Part shown: positions 19,495 through 28,767 of the stretch, piece after piece | Position numbering within the stretch: the stretch's first letter is position 1 | Layout of the letters: each line of letters starts with the position of its first letter | From: Candidatus Vogelbacteria bacterium RIFOXYD1_FULL_46_19 | Lineage (GTDB): Bacteria; Patescibacteriota; Minisyncoccia; Phycocordibacterales; XYD1-FULL-46-19 | Length of the DNA: 64,000 bases | Assembly: GCA_001824825.1 (NCBI GenBank) | Contig: MHTK01000002.1 | Span: 6,020-70,019 of the forward strand | Direction: 5' to 3' | Notes under the pieces: model-generated | What the model was told of the DNA's origin: nothing | The model's database searches: none | The model's input: the letters and a program-made list of their open reading frames with translations, nothing else | Made by a program: the position numbers and the translations under genes

Positions 19495-20859
19495 TTATCG
19501 CTTAATCGGAATAATAGAATCTTGATCACTAAATACAAACTTGGAAATGTGCTTTAAATATCCCCATTTAACGAGCTTTAAATAATCATGTTTAACAAAT
19601 TTAGCACCTATATCATGACGATAAAACATTTGGGGAATTTTTATGTTTAACAACAATTTATAGGCCTTTTGTCGTGCCTGACTTATAGTGGAACCAAAAC
19701 CTGTTACATACATTGCATACCCACGCCGATCGGAAATGTAATATTGAGATTGTACCTCCTTAGCACCACGTAAAGCCACTTCTTCAAAATGGATATGCTT
19801 TAAATCGGTTTGAGTTACTTTTCGACTAAAGTGGATATCAGTATTATAAGAAGAATTTTTATCTAATTTATAGTTATATGGGAAAGGAGGTAGGGCTACG
19901 GTTACCACCACACCATAACCTTTCTTCCATTTGAGGTTAAATTTTTGTCCTGAAGCAACCGCGAAGAGCAGATCTCCCCAGGGAGAGCTATTTATTTCAG
20001 ATTGAAGGTGTACAATCGGCGAACCTAAACGAGCAGTAGCCTCTAGAGGAAACGCCCCTTTTTGATTAACAATGCAGTTAACAGAAATATCCCCACGGAA
20101 GTTAGCTTTGACTAGAAAGGGTTTTAACTTGGCTAAAGTTTCAGTGAATAACTTATTTTTTTCATCGTTATCATACCAAGCCAGAGTTCCCATCTCGCTT
20201 GTTACTGGACCAATATCGCCAGGAAAGAGCCTGGTGTGTTCAAAATTAACTTCAATCGGACCAACCCAATCATATCCGTTGAAAAATCTTCCCACTCCCA
20301 TTTCAATACCATCAACATATTCTTGAAGAGTAATCTCATTCATCTTAAGTAAACCATTACGGTTGTAAGACTCTAAAACGTTAACCACATCCTCACCGGT
20401 GTCCATATGCCCAGTGTAAGTCAGACTTTTAAAACTATGATTATTATGCTTCAACACCCAACGCTTTGGGTTTTTTCTTATAAAAGAAATAGCACTCTTG
20501 ATATCAAAAAAATTTTTTAACTCAGCGATTTGTAAACCACTTACTTTAAAAATTTGTTGACCAAATTCACGGTCAGTTTCAAGTTTTTCACCTAGTTCTG
20601 AACCACCAAAAACAGTATAACCCTCCTCTCTCAACTTATCCTGAATAGCCCCATAACCAACATCATCAAAAATAATAAGGCCATCCGTTCCCACCCATGA
20701 TAAATCCTGGCGCCAATTATTAGTTTTTGGTACTAAATTATTAAAATTCTCCCGAGCTGATTTTTCCTCAATAAATAAATGCACATCATGACCTTCACGG
20801 TGAAGCAATAATGAAAGGTGACCCGCGATTAAATCGTTGGAGACAAAGAGTATTTTCAT
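19495..20859 (-). CDS. PurD-like (phosphoribosylamine-glycine ligase-like) ATP-grasp protein
   Basis: VFGG..LExDR, EHxRLFxGDIGPxTxEMG, LExTARLGxP, YRxDIG. Confidence 0.8.
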   Translation of the reverse strand: MKILFVSNDLIAGHLSLLLHREGHDVHLFIEEKSARENFNNLVPKTNNWRQDLSWVGTDGLIIFDDVGYGAIQDKLREEGYTVFGGSELGEKLETDREFGQQIFKVSGLQIAELKNFFDIKSAISFIRKNPKRWVLKHNNHSFKSLTYTGHMDTGEDVVNVLESYNRNGLLKMNEITLQEYVDGIEMGVGRFFNGYDWVGPIEVNFEHTRLFPGDIGPVTSEMGTLAWYDNDEKNKLFTETLAKLKPFLVKANFRGDISVNCIVNQKGAFPLEATARLGSPIVHLQSEINSSPWGDLLFAVASGQKFNLKWKKGYGVVVTVALPPFPYNYKLDKNSSYNTDIHFSRKVTQTDLKHIHFEEVALRGAKEVQSQYYISDRRGYAMYVTGFGSTISQARQKAYKLLLNIKIPQMFYRHDIGAKFVKHDYLKLVKWGYLKHISKFVFSDQDSIIPIKR

Positions 20860-20916
20860 GCTAAATATTATACATATTTTAGAATCTTTGTCAATACTAC
20901 AGATTTAGCTGACTAA

Positions 20917-21372
20917 TTACTTACGCCGTAACACCAGCATCCAGTGTTTGGAATTTTTCCGACCATTGTGCCAGCGTCGCATAAACTCGTTTTGCTTCAA
21001 TTTAAAACGCTCCCCCAGCCACGGATCGTTTAGAATTACTTCCGTTTCAGACAGTCCCACCACGACAGCGTAATGACCCTGATTGGTAGCTGGTTCGATA
21101 TAATTTACCATTACCGGCGAGCCTTTTTTTAAATAATATCCAATAAGGGCCAGACTACCACGACCAGCAAAAGTACAAGCAAAACCTAGTTGGCGTGACA
21201 CCCCCTCCAGGCGACGGTGACTAACACCATGACGAGGGTCGGTTTTAAGCTTGCGTTCTAACCAGGCTTCGCTTTTATGGCAGCCCCAGTGACCAAGCAC
21301 CGATTGCAGGGCCGCCGCTGCACAAGTATAGACTTTATCTTGTTTATAGTAAGGAGTCTGGAGAACGGTCAT
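20917..21372 (-). CDS. C39-like cysteine peptidase
   Basis: QxxxxxCAAA, GHYAVV, NDPW. Confidence 0.85.
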   Translation of the reverse strand: MTVLQTPYYKQDKVYTCAAAALQSVLGHWGCHKSEAWLERKLKTDPRHGVSHRRLEGVSRQLGFACTFAGRGSLALIGYYLKKGSPVMVNYIEPATNQGHYAVVVGLSETEVILNDPWLGERFKLKQNEFMRRWHNGRKNSKHWMLVLRRK

Positions 21373-21465
21373 TTATTTAGAGTAAAGAGTTATTAAAATT
21401 GAGGGCTCGTTCAGGCAAAGCAAAGCCCGTCTAAGGACGAGCTTTTGGAGTGCAAAGTGTAAATG

Positions 21466-21759
21466 TCATATTTCTTTTCCTTCCGACACCAAGCGCAAAC
21501 TCGAAGCTGATCCAAATTGGCCACAAATGCGGTCTTCCTCATCAATCACCGCTTGAGTTGACTGACTCCACCGGAACAGCCGCAGCACCCCGGTGGGCAG
21601 ATAACACATTTGCACCACCCTCGATCCCGCAATAAGACTGGTCGAAATAATTTCCCACCAGCGGCCACCACAACAAGAACACCTAAACTGCTGACCTGGG
21701 ACCAAATTGTTGAAATCAGATTCCGTGCGAATCACTTTACACCTCCTTTCTAAGATCAA
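21466..21759 (-). CDS. hypothetical protein (CxCC motif)
   Basis: ORF with a downstream hairpin at about 21422-21445; start uncertain. Confidence 0.4.
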   Translation of the reverse strand: MILERRCKVIRTESDFNNLVPGQQFRCSCCGGRWWEIISTSLIAGSRVVQMCYLPTGVLRLFRWSQSTQAVIDEEDRICGQFGSASSLRLVSEGKEI

Positions 21760-21866
21760 CCGACCTGTCTACATTAGAGCAAATTATTTTCTTTAAAGGA
21801 AGAGCAAGTAGTGGTTAGCACATTCAAACCATCAAAAAAGCCAAGCGGATAATAACCACTTGGCCA

Positions 21867-22457
21867 CTAAACAGGTTGCCAGACAAAGTAGCTCGTCTTG
21901 TCTGGGTCCGTTTCGACATAACCCTCCGGTTGGTACAAATGGACCGGCAGAACAGTTTCAAACAGGTGCGCCCGGTGCTTGGTCCCCAGCCCTGGATAAG
22001 AAATGGAGGCTTGAACCGGAAAGATTTTCGTACCTAGAAAATTTAAAGAAATATTATCTTCAATTCCCAGTTCCTCCCGTAGGCCACGGCTGGCTGCCTC
22101 GGTTGGTGTTTCGCCTGGTAACATTTTTTCCGACATACTGTAATCCAGACTACGCCGGTTCTCTCGACCGTCTCGAAACACTTGGCGGTCTTCCCTCAGG
22201 CGCAAGCGATCCGTCGGCAAGTCAAAGTAAACATTAATCCTAACTGCCTCAACACAGCGGACGAGCGGCCAAGTGGTCGAACCCTCGCCCCAGCTACACT
22301 CACCTAAGACCAGCTCGCGGTGTAAATGCTTGATGGTTTTGGCTCGGCCCTGCTCCCCCCAGCTACCAAAGGGGATATTATGGCGAGTAAGTAACTCTAA
22401 AAGAGCTTCAATATCCACTACCAATCCTCCTCGATCGGTTAAGTTCGAATTGTACAT
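21867..22457 (-). CDS. NUDIX hydrolase family protein
   Basis: EKxxPGETPxEAAxRGLREELG Nudix box. Confidence 0.85.
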   Translation of the reverse strand: MYNSNLTDRGGLVVDIEALLELLTRHNIPFGSWGEQGRAKTIKHLHRELVLGECSWGEGSTTWPLVRCVEAVRINVYFDLPTDRLRLREDRQVFRDGRENRRSLDYSMSEKMLPGETPTEAASRGLREELGIEDNISLNFLGTKIFPVQASISYPGLGTKHRAHLFETVLPVHLYQPEGYVETDPDKTSYFVWQPV

Positions 22458-22567
22458 CTACCCTATACTGCCCCAAAACGGCTGGGTTGGCAATTTAAAT
22501 AAAGGCTATTATACCCAGCACTTTAAAAAGAACCCGGAAAAAGCTTTTGCTCTTCCGGGTTCGTGCA

Positions 22568-24244
22568 CTACAGTGACTTCAAGAGCTGTGATGCCCGCTC
22601 CTCCGCCTGTGCCACATATGTCTTGTAATCAGGAATCCTAGTGAGAACCCCTTCAGATAAGGTATAAGTAGAATCAAGTCGTGCTTTTTCAAGGAAGTAT
22701 CGATCGTGGGACACGAGCAATATGGTTCCTCGATAGGCTTCGATTGTTTCCTCTAGAGCTTCGAGTGCCTCGAGATCGAGATGATTGGTAGGCTCATCTA
22801 GGACCAGCACATTGACTGATTGGGCGGAAAACAAAGCAAGAAGCAATCGAGCGCGGCCGCCGGGACTCAGAGTACCGATTGGCTGCTTAACTTGACTCTC
22901 CTCGAAACCAAACCTTGCAAGCTTGGCATATGAATCTTGTTCTCTGAACCCTGCGCGCTCCTTGAGGAATTCGAGAAGCGTGCGATCACGAGGCAAGCTT
23001 TCGTGCTCCTGCATCATGTTTCCGATTTTGACACCAGAACCGATCTCGATCGTGCCACCACGTGCCACCAGTTGACCAGTAATGGTCTTGAGAAGAGTTG
23101 ACTTTCCTGTGCCGTTTAAGCCCATGATGCCAACCCTGCTCCCATACCGCGCCTCAAATGACATTGGACCGATAGTGAAACCCTCCGGATATCCTGCTAC
23201 AACGTCAACGAGACGTATATCAAGCGTCCCGGGACCGACTTCGGCCTTGAGCGGAATCTCAAACGGATCGCGTTCGATAGGTTTTTCAACTTTCTCCATC
23301 TGGTCGATCCGTTTTTCAATTACTTTCGCTTTCCTTCCAGATCCTCCTGCGCGATCTCGCTTGAAACCTCGCAAGAACTTGTCATTGTCGCTTCCCTGCC
23401 AGTTCGATCCTTTGGCCGAAGCAGCTCTCTGCTGTCGTGCTTGATCAGAAAGTCGTTCAATCTCCTCCCGTTGGAGTCGATATTCTTCCTTCTGCCGAGC
23501 AATGCGTTTCGCCACCATCGCCAGGTAATCACTATATGTACCACCTGAGATGTTGAGTACGCGCGTATGTCGGTCAAGTTCCAAGATTTTCCTCACGACT
23601 CGATCAAGAAACCGGCGATCGTGAGAAATGACAATGCAAGCAGCATCAGACTTCCGGAGGAAATCCTCAAGCCAGATAAGTGCTGGTAGGTCAAGATTAT
23701 TTGTCGGCTCATCAAGGAGTAAGAGATCGACACCTTTGAGGAGAATCCCCGCTAGTGCCACCTTGCTTTTCTGTCCGCTACTTAAATCGGACAGACGATG
23801 ATCAATGCCGACGTTTTCAAGACCGAAACCTGCAAGCATCACTTTGATGTGATGCTCAAAGGCGTAACCATCGAGACGCTCGTATTGATGGTGCGCCTCC
23901 CCATACTCATCGGACTTCGCCTTGTCCTCAAGCTGAGAAGCAAGGGTCTCGAGTTTTTGTTCAAGAGCATCGACGCCTGTGATCCGCCTCAAGTACTCAC
24001 TAATCGTTTCATCGCCCGAGAGACTGGTGTCCTGCGGTAGATATCCGATGCACGTATTCTTAGCAAGTTCAATCTCGCCAGCATCAGGCTCCACCAATCC
24101 TGCAACGATCTTGAGAATGGTTGTCTTACCAGTCCCGTTGTCGCCGACTAATGCCACCTTCTGCCCTTTTGCCAAGGAGAAGGAGACATCGGCAAGCACA
24201 GTCAGACTGCCGTAATTTTTTTGAATGTGTTTTGCTTGTATCAT
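22568..24244 (-). CDS. ABC-F family ATPase
   Basis: Two ABC domains (GDNGTGKT, LSSGQ, DEPTN; GLNGTGKS, LSPGG, DEPTNHLD), no TM segments; AAGGAG RBS. Confidence 0.95.
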   Translation of the reverse strand: MIQAKHIQKNYGSLTVLADVSFSLAKGQKVALVGDNGTGKTTILKIVAGLVEPDAGEIELAKNTCIGYLPQDTSLSGDETISEYLRRITGVDALEQKLETLASQLEDKAKSDEYGEAHHQYERLDGYAFEHHIKVMLAGFGLENVGIDHRLSDLSSGQKSKVALAGILLKGVDLLLLDEPTNNLDLPALIWLEDFLRKSDAACIVISHDRRFLDRVVRKILELDRHTRVLNISGGTYSDYLAMVAKRIARQKEEYRLQREEIERLSDQARQQRAASAKGSNWQGSDNDKFLRGFKRDRAGGSGRKAKVIEKRIDQMEKVEKPIERDPFEIPLKAEVGPGTLDIRLVDVVAGYPEGFTIGPMSFEARYGSRVGIMGLNGTGKSTLLKTITGQLVARGGTIEIGSGVKIGNMMQEHESLPRDRTLLEFLKERAGFREQDSYAKLARFGFEESQVKQPIGTLSPGGRARLLLALFSAQSVNVLVLDEPTNHLDLEALEALEETIEAYRGTILLVSHDRYFLEKARLDSTYTLSEGVLTRIPDYKTYVAQAEERASQLLKSL

Positions 24245-24300
24245 AATTGTCTCCTTTCTTGTTATTTTACCACCGTTAAAGAACTTTTGCCGGACTTAAA

Positions 24301-24486
24301 GAACCTTTTCGATTCCTGACCGGAAACAAATCAGTTTGTTTCTTATCGGGAATCTTTCCCTACGGGAACGGTATAGGTTTTCCATTTTTTCACCTAACGG
24401 CTCAAAAATATGGAAGAACCTTTTCGATTCCCGATGGGCACTGATTTACCCAAAAAGAAAAACCCCTAGATAGAGGTTTTTCTTTT
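24301..24486 (-). repeat. tRNA-His mirror element
   Basis: Inverted 19-nt copy of the tRNA 3' end at 24423-24441; TTCCC-GTA-GGGAA hairpin; direct GATTCCCGAT copy. Confidence 0.75.
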
Positions 24487-24562
24487 TGGGGTGCCCATCG
24501 GGAATCGAACCCGAATTAGAGGTTCCACAAACCTCTGTGTTAACCGTTACACCATGGGCACC
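24487..24562 (-). tRNA. tRNA-His(GTG)
   Basis: Cloverleaf; anticodon arm GAGGT-TTGTGGA-ACCTC; G-1 and CCA encoded. Confidence 0.97.
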
Positions 24563-24630
24563 ATGTTTAATAAATGGTATGGAGTATTGAATCAATATCC
24601 TATACTAAATACCCCCATACACCCCACCCC

Positions 24631-25188
24631 CTACTCATACTTCGGCGGCTCCTCTTTTATACCAGACAAGTGGTTGGTAAGTCTAGCCAAAGCGTACAAT
24701 AGGCTCGATAGTCGGTTTAAGTAAGCGCGGGTATTGTCATCGATTGATCTAACTCCTTCCTCTTGCACCGCCACTACTCGTCGTTCAGCCCGGCGAGCCA
24801 AGGTCCGCGCGTAATCGAAATGGGCCGCCAGTTCTGTCCCCCCGGAAATGAAAAAGGTGTTAATAGGTGGCATTAGTTTTTCAATTTCATTAATTAAGGT
24901 TTCAGTGGCCACCACTTTGTCCCGACTTATTTTTTTATCCGCTCCGGCTAGCTCGGCTTGTACAATAAACAAATTTTGCTGGGTCTGGTGGACGAGTTCA
25001 TGGACCGGAACATTGTCCGGCGGTACAGCGAAGCCCGCTCGAGCTTTTTCCTTACAAATTCCTAAAAATGAGTTAATCTCATCCAAAGTACCGAGAGCCT
25101 CCGCGATACCGGAACTTTTTGATACCCGCTGGTCACAACCAAAAGTCTTGGTTGTACCCCCATCGCCTTTACCAGTGAACAATGCCAT
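24631..25188 (-). CDS. PduO-type cob(I)alamin adenosyltransferase
   Basis: TGKGDGGTT, GTLDEINS, RTLARRAER, YLNRLSS. Confidence 0.92.
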   Translation of the reverse strand: MALFTGKGDGGTTKTFGCDQRVSKSSGIAEALGTLDEINSFLGICKEKARAGFAVPPDNVPVHELVHQTQQNLFIVQAELAGADKKISRDKVVATETLINEIEKLMPPINTFFISGGTELAAHFDYARTLARRAERRVVAVQEEGVRSIDDNTRAYLNRLSSLLYALARLTNHLSGIKEEPPKYE

Positions 25189-25279
25189 AAAATCTAGTTT
25201 AGCAAAAAATGGGTAAAAAGAAACCGCTTCCGAGAATGATTATTTCAAACTCGAAAGCGGTAATCTATTAGCACCGCCA

Positions 25280-25552
25280 CTAGACCCCCGGGAGCAGTAG
25301 CTGAAACCCCAGGAAAGACTCCAATTGGGGCCAGCTATGTTTCCGAATGGTGGGACGACGAGACCCAACTTTCGTGCCAGCCCCCTCGATCACCTGACCG
25401 AAGAGAAGGGGTCGGCGGTCGGCTGGAATTTTCCCGCCCCGACGGTAAACGACATTGTTCACCGCCTGTCGCTCGCTTGAAGCCCAGGTATTACCCTGGA
25501 ATTTTACGAGTTGGCCGTCTTTTTCATAGACGGCGTAAAGTTCCCTTTTCAC
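25280..25552 (-). CDS. hypothetical protein
   Basis: 90-aa ORF with AAGGAGG RBS, TATAAT upstream and a terminator downstream. Confidence 0.6.
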   Translation of the reverse strand: MKRELYAVYEKDGQLVKFQGNTWASSERQAVNNVVYRRGGKIPADRRPLLFGQVIEGAGTKVGSRRPTIRKHSWPQLESFLGFQLLLPGV

Positions 25553-25635
25553 AAAACCTCCTTGGCCACGGAAAGCCGTTTAGAAATCCAACGAATCTTC
25601 TCTTATTATACCATAGTTAATATATAAAGCAAGGA

Positions 25636-25794
25636 GCTCGGGAGAGGACTTTCCCCCAACGGGGGCTGGTACTTTTCGTTTCATTCGCTTAACAGCTCAT
25701 TCTTATCGAAAAGTCTTTCAAGTCCCCACGCGACTAAAGCAGTTTAGTCGCTTCCCGAGCACAAATAAAAGCACCCGGTAGGTGCTTTTATTTG
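25636..25794 (-). repeat. tRNA-Leu mirror element
   Basis: Split antisense tRNA 3' end; CTGC-loop hairpin; direct 16-nt copy at 25636-25651. Confidence 0.8.
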
Positions 25795-25876
25795 TGCTCG
25801 GGAGAGGACTTGAACCTCCACGCCTTTCGGCACTGGTACCTCATACCAGCGTGTATACCAATTTCACCACCCGAGC
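25795..25876 (-). tRNA. tRNA-Leu(GAG)
   Basis: Cloverleaf with long variable arm; CTGGT-ATGAGGT-ACCAG. Confidence 0.96.
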
Positions 25877-25906
25877 ATTTACACGACTTATTGTAAGGAA
25901 ATCAGA

Positions 25907-25943
25907 GCAAAAAACAAGCCGGCGGAGCCGGCTTGTTTTTTGT
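25907..25943 (-). terminator. intrinsic terminator after rplS
   Basis: AAAAAACAAGCCGGC-GGA-GCCGGCTTGTTTTTT. Confidence 0.85.
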
Positions 25944-25947
25944 TTGA

Positions 25948-26451
25948 TTATTTGGTTTCAGTTTCGTCCGTAGATTCAAGAGCCTCAGAAGAACTTGCTT
26001 CAGTTTGATCGGCAGTTACTACTTCCACTTCCGGCTCAATCGCCTCTTCTTCCATTGCCACCTCATCATCAGTGTCTCCCACGCTGGCCTTGGTACCCAC
26101 TACCTGCTTCATGCGACGGCGGATTTCCTTAGCCGCCTTGTCCCTAATATAGTAAAGCTTAGACCGGCGAACTTTAGACTGCTTCACCACCTCAATCTTA
26201 TCGATCATCGGCGAATACAGCGGAAAAATTTTTTCCATTCCTACCCCACTGGCCACTTTACGAACCGTAAAAGTCGAACCAGCTTCGTGGCCATGCTTAA
26301 CGGCAATTACCAACCCTTCAAAAATCTGAATACGAGTTTTGCCTTTTTCTTGAATCTTTTGGTGGACCCGCACCGTACTACCAGGAACCACTTTAACCTT
26401 GGCTCTTTTGTCAGTATCAATAGGTGAAATTTTAAATATAGGTGCTTGCAT
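25948..26451 (-). CDS. rplS: 50S ribosomal protein L19 with acidic C-terminal tail
   Basis: [27 protein letters not shown]. Confidence 0.98.
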   Translation of the reverse strand: MQAPIFKISPIDTDKRAKVKVVPGSTVRVHQKIQEKGKTRIQIFEGLVIAVKHGHEAGSTFTVRKVASGVGMEKIFPLYSPMIDKIEVVKQSKVRRSKLYYIRDKAAKEIRRRMKQVVGTKASVGDTDDEVAMEEEAIEPEVEVVTADQTEASSSEALESTDETETK

Positions 26452-26463
26452 AACAGCGAAAGT

Positions 26464-27201
26464 TTAGCACGAGCCCCGAAGATTATCAAGGGCGACTGTC
26501 ATATCCTGGGGTAAGTCCGCCTCCAGGGTCACCTTTTGGCCCCCTAAGAGCGCAATCTGAAGCTTAGCCGCGTGCAGAGCTTGTCGCTTTAACCCCAAGG
26601 CTTCGGTAGGCTTGTTCTGGGCGTATAAGTGGTCACCTACAATCGGGTGCTGTAGGGCCTTAAAATGGGCCCGAAGCTGGTGAGTGCGGCCAGTCTCGGG
26701 CTTGGCCTCCACCAAAGAGTAGCCGGAAAAAGTTTCTAGAACTTTAAAAATGGTGCGGGCCGAACGTAAATGGCTAGCGGCCTTAGGGCTTGCCACTCGC
26801 AGGCGCGGGTCGCGTTTACTCCGACCAATTGGCAGATCGATTACTTTTTCTTCTTCCGGGTTGGCAAAAACCCCGTGGACAATAGCCAGATAGGTTTTTT
26901 TCACCAACCGATTCTTAAACTGCTGTTTTAAGTATTGGAAACTGGGCTCATTTTTGGCAATCACCATTACCCCGCTGGTATCGCGGTCCAGGCGGTGAAC
27001 AATCCCCGGTCGGGGAATCTCCCGGCCGTCTGGCATTTTCGCCGGTTCACCCACCTCCAGCGTATCCGGAAACCGGCCAATAACCCAGTCAGCTAAGGTT
27101 AACTCCGGCCGGCGGCCATCAGAGTGCACCGCGAGACCAGCCGGCTTGTCGATAGCCACCGTATTATCGTCCTCAAAGATTATGGTCGGTTCCAGATTCA
27201 T
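26464..27201 (-). CDS. RluA-family pseudouridine synthase
   Basis: DKPAGL, HRLDRDTSG, TGRTHQLR, GDHLY; start set at MNLEP. Confidence 0.95.
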   Translation of the reverse strand: MNLEPTIIFEDDNTVAIDKPAGLAVHSDGRRPELTLADWVIGRFPDTLEVGEPAKMPDGREIPRPGIVHRLDRDTSGVMVIAKNEPSFQYLKQQFKNRLVKKTYLAIVHGVFANPEEEKVIDLPIGRSKRDPRLRVASPKAASHLRSARTIFKVLETFSGYSLVEAKPETGRTHQLRAHFKALQHPIVGDHLYAQNKPTEALGLKRQALHAAKLQIALLGGQKVTLEADLPQDMTVALDNLRGSC

Positions 27202-27248
27202 TCTTGATAAAGTAATACAAATACGGTATTGTAGCAATGTTACAAGCT

Positions 27249-27322
27249 GCGCGCTTAGCTCAGTTGGCTAGAGCATCTCGTTTACACCGAGAGGGTCGGG
27301 GGTTCGAGTCCCTCAGCGCGCA
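27249..27322 (+). tRNA. tRNA-Val(TAC)
   Basis: Cloverleaf; TCTCG-TTTACAC-CGAGA; no encoded CCA. Confidence 0.97.
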
Positions 27323-27550
27323 CAAGAAAAGGCTGCTTCGGCAGCTTTTTATTGTGCGCACTAGGAAGTGCACTGCTGCACTTCCGTGAGGGACTCGAAA
27401 GGAGTTTCGTTATCAAGCACCTGCCAAAGGTGCCTTGATCGAAACTCACCAGCCCCCGTAGGGGGAGAGTCCCTCGATTCCCAAAATCAAAAGCCCAAAG
27501 CTTTCGCTTCAGGACTTTTGATTTTACAGCAACGCTGAGAGACTCGAACC
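27323..27550 (+). repeat. tRNA-Val mirror element
   Basis: TGTGCGC + hairpin + GAGGGACTCGAA antisense; direct GAGTCCCTC at 27467-27475; second antisense copy at 27533-27550. Confidence 0.8.
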
Positions 27551-27627
27551 AAGTTTCCACGAAGCCTGATTTTTTACTCGAGTTATTTTGCTTGTCGCCT
27601 TCGCGATCCTTCTGGTGGACTGCATCA

Positions 27628-27659
27628 CGCCGTAGGTTCGCAGTAGCGAACCTACGGCG
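27628..27659. repeat. GTAG-type REP-like palindrome
   Basis: CGCCGTAGGTTCGC-AGTA-GCGAACCTACGGCG. Confidence 0.6.
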
Positions 27660-27825
27660 GAGGGGGCTAGATTCTAAACTTACAGTTTCAGTCCCCTTGT
27701 TGGATAAATTTTTCGTCCTTCGGACTTAAATTTATGCTCAACAAAGCTTCGAATCCCTCCTTCCGCTTTGCGAAACCGTCCTTCAGACGGCTTCCGCAAA
27801 AAAGCTTTCGGGTCTCGCTTTTTTG
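27657..27825 (-). repeat. tRNA-Ser mirror element
   Basis: Antisense-like copy at about 27748-27768; direct copy GCGGAGGGGGCTAGATTC at 27657. Confidence 0.7.
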
Positions 27826-27912
27826 CGGAGGGGGCGAGATTCGAACTCGCGATGCCCTTGCGGACATGCTGGTTTTCAAGACCAGTGCTTTAAACCACTC
27901 AGCCACCCCTCC
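27826..27912 (-). tRNA. tRNA-Ser(TGA)
   Basis: Cloverleaf with long variable arm; CTGGT-CTTGAAA-ACCAG. Confidence 0.97.
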
Positions 27913-27960
27913 AAACAACCAGCGATATTAACGCCGATTGAATTTAACTTATGCTTAAAC

Positions 27961-28284
27961 CTAAACCGAACTAGTAGTGTTGTGCTCGGCACTCACTGTC
28001 TCACTCGAAGAAACTTGAGCTGGCGTTGGTACTGACTGCTGCGTAGTCACTGGCCTGGCTGATGTTTTCCAACCACTAAAAAATTTGGCCACAAACACCA
28101 GGTAAATTATTTCTAAGATACCAGCGGTTTGTAAAATCAGCATGGCAATATACCAGCCCTTATCCCCGCGGCGCGCGGCTTGCCACAAAGCCAAACCCTT
28201 CCACACTGTGGACCACACAATTAAAACCAGTATCACCCCCCAAAAAAGCGAAGCAAAAACTAAAATGTCGTTGGGATTTTCCAT
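27961..28284 (-). CDS. small membrane protein (DUF5652-like)
   Basis: WKGLALWQAARRxxKGW...GILEIIYL. Confidence 0.8.
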   Translation of the reverse strand: MENPNDILVFASLFWGVILVLIVWSTVWKGLALWQAARRGDKGWYIAMLILQTAGILEIIYLVFVAKFFSGWKTSARPVTTQQSVPTPAQVSSSETVSAEHNTTSSV

Positions 28285-28380
28285 AACTAAATACTAGCAG
28301 TTTCCCTCAACAAATCAACAGCCTATTTTCAACTACCTCTCATACTAGATCAGCCAGAACTGATGCTATATACTGGTTTA

Positions 28381-28767
28381 ATGCGCTTACTTGGAATTGA
28401 TTATGGATCCAAAAAAATCGGCCTGGCCCTCTCCGACTCCACCGGACGCTTTGCCTCCCCGCTAGAGGTAATACCAAGCTCGCTGACCACCGCCGAAACT
28501 ATTGCCAAAATTTGTCAGCAAGAGGAAGTAACCAAAATCGTGATAGGCCACTCCTTAAATTATGCCAACGAGCCCAACTTGATTGTGGCTGATAGCGAGA
28601 AACTGGCCGAGAAACTACGAGTCTTAACCGGACTAGAAGTAATTTTTGAGCCAGAAGTCCTAACCACTCGCGAAGCCGAAAGAACAGTAGGAAAAGATGA
28701 GCTACTCGACGCTAGGGCGGCTGCTTTAATTTTAAAAAGTTATATTGATCGCCACCACCATGACTGA
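28381..28767 (+). CDS. ruvX: Holliday junction resolvase-like RuvX/YqgF
   Basis: LGIDYGSKKIGLALSD, ExLTT, DARAAALIL. Confidence 0.93.
   Translation: MRLLGIDYGSKKIGLALSDSTGRFASPLEVIPSSLTTAETIAKICQQEEVTKIVIGHSLNYANEPNLIVADSEKLAEKLRVLTGLEVIFEPEVLTTREAERTVGKDELLDARAAALILKSYIDRHHHD

Noticed and set aside
19495-20859. Canonical purD assignment
   Set aside because: Divergent N-terminus and no other pur genes; left as PurD-like
16405-24300. Prophage or integrative conjugative element
   Set aside because: No integrase, capsid, terminase or conjugation genes recognised
27388-27475. Hammerhead-like words (CTGGTGA...CGAAAC) on the reverse strand of the Val element
   Set aside because: The core is not CTGANGA, the GAAA is paired inside P2, and the motif is absent from the Leu, Arg and Lys copies
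27688-28035. ORFs overlapping tRNA-Ser (likewise 24491, 25782, 27282, 29582, 33641-34094 and 40864-41102)
   Set aside because: Spurious frames across tRNA genes and palindromic elements
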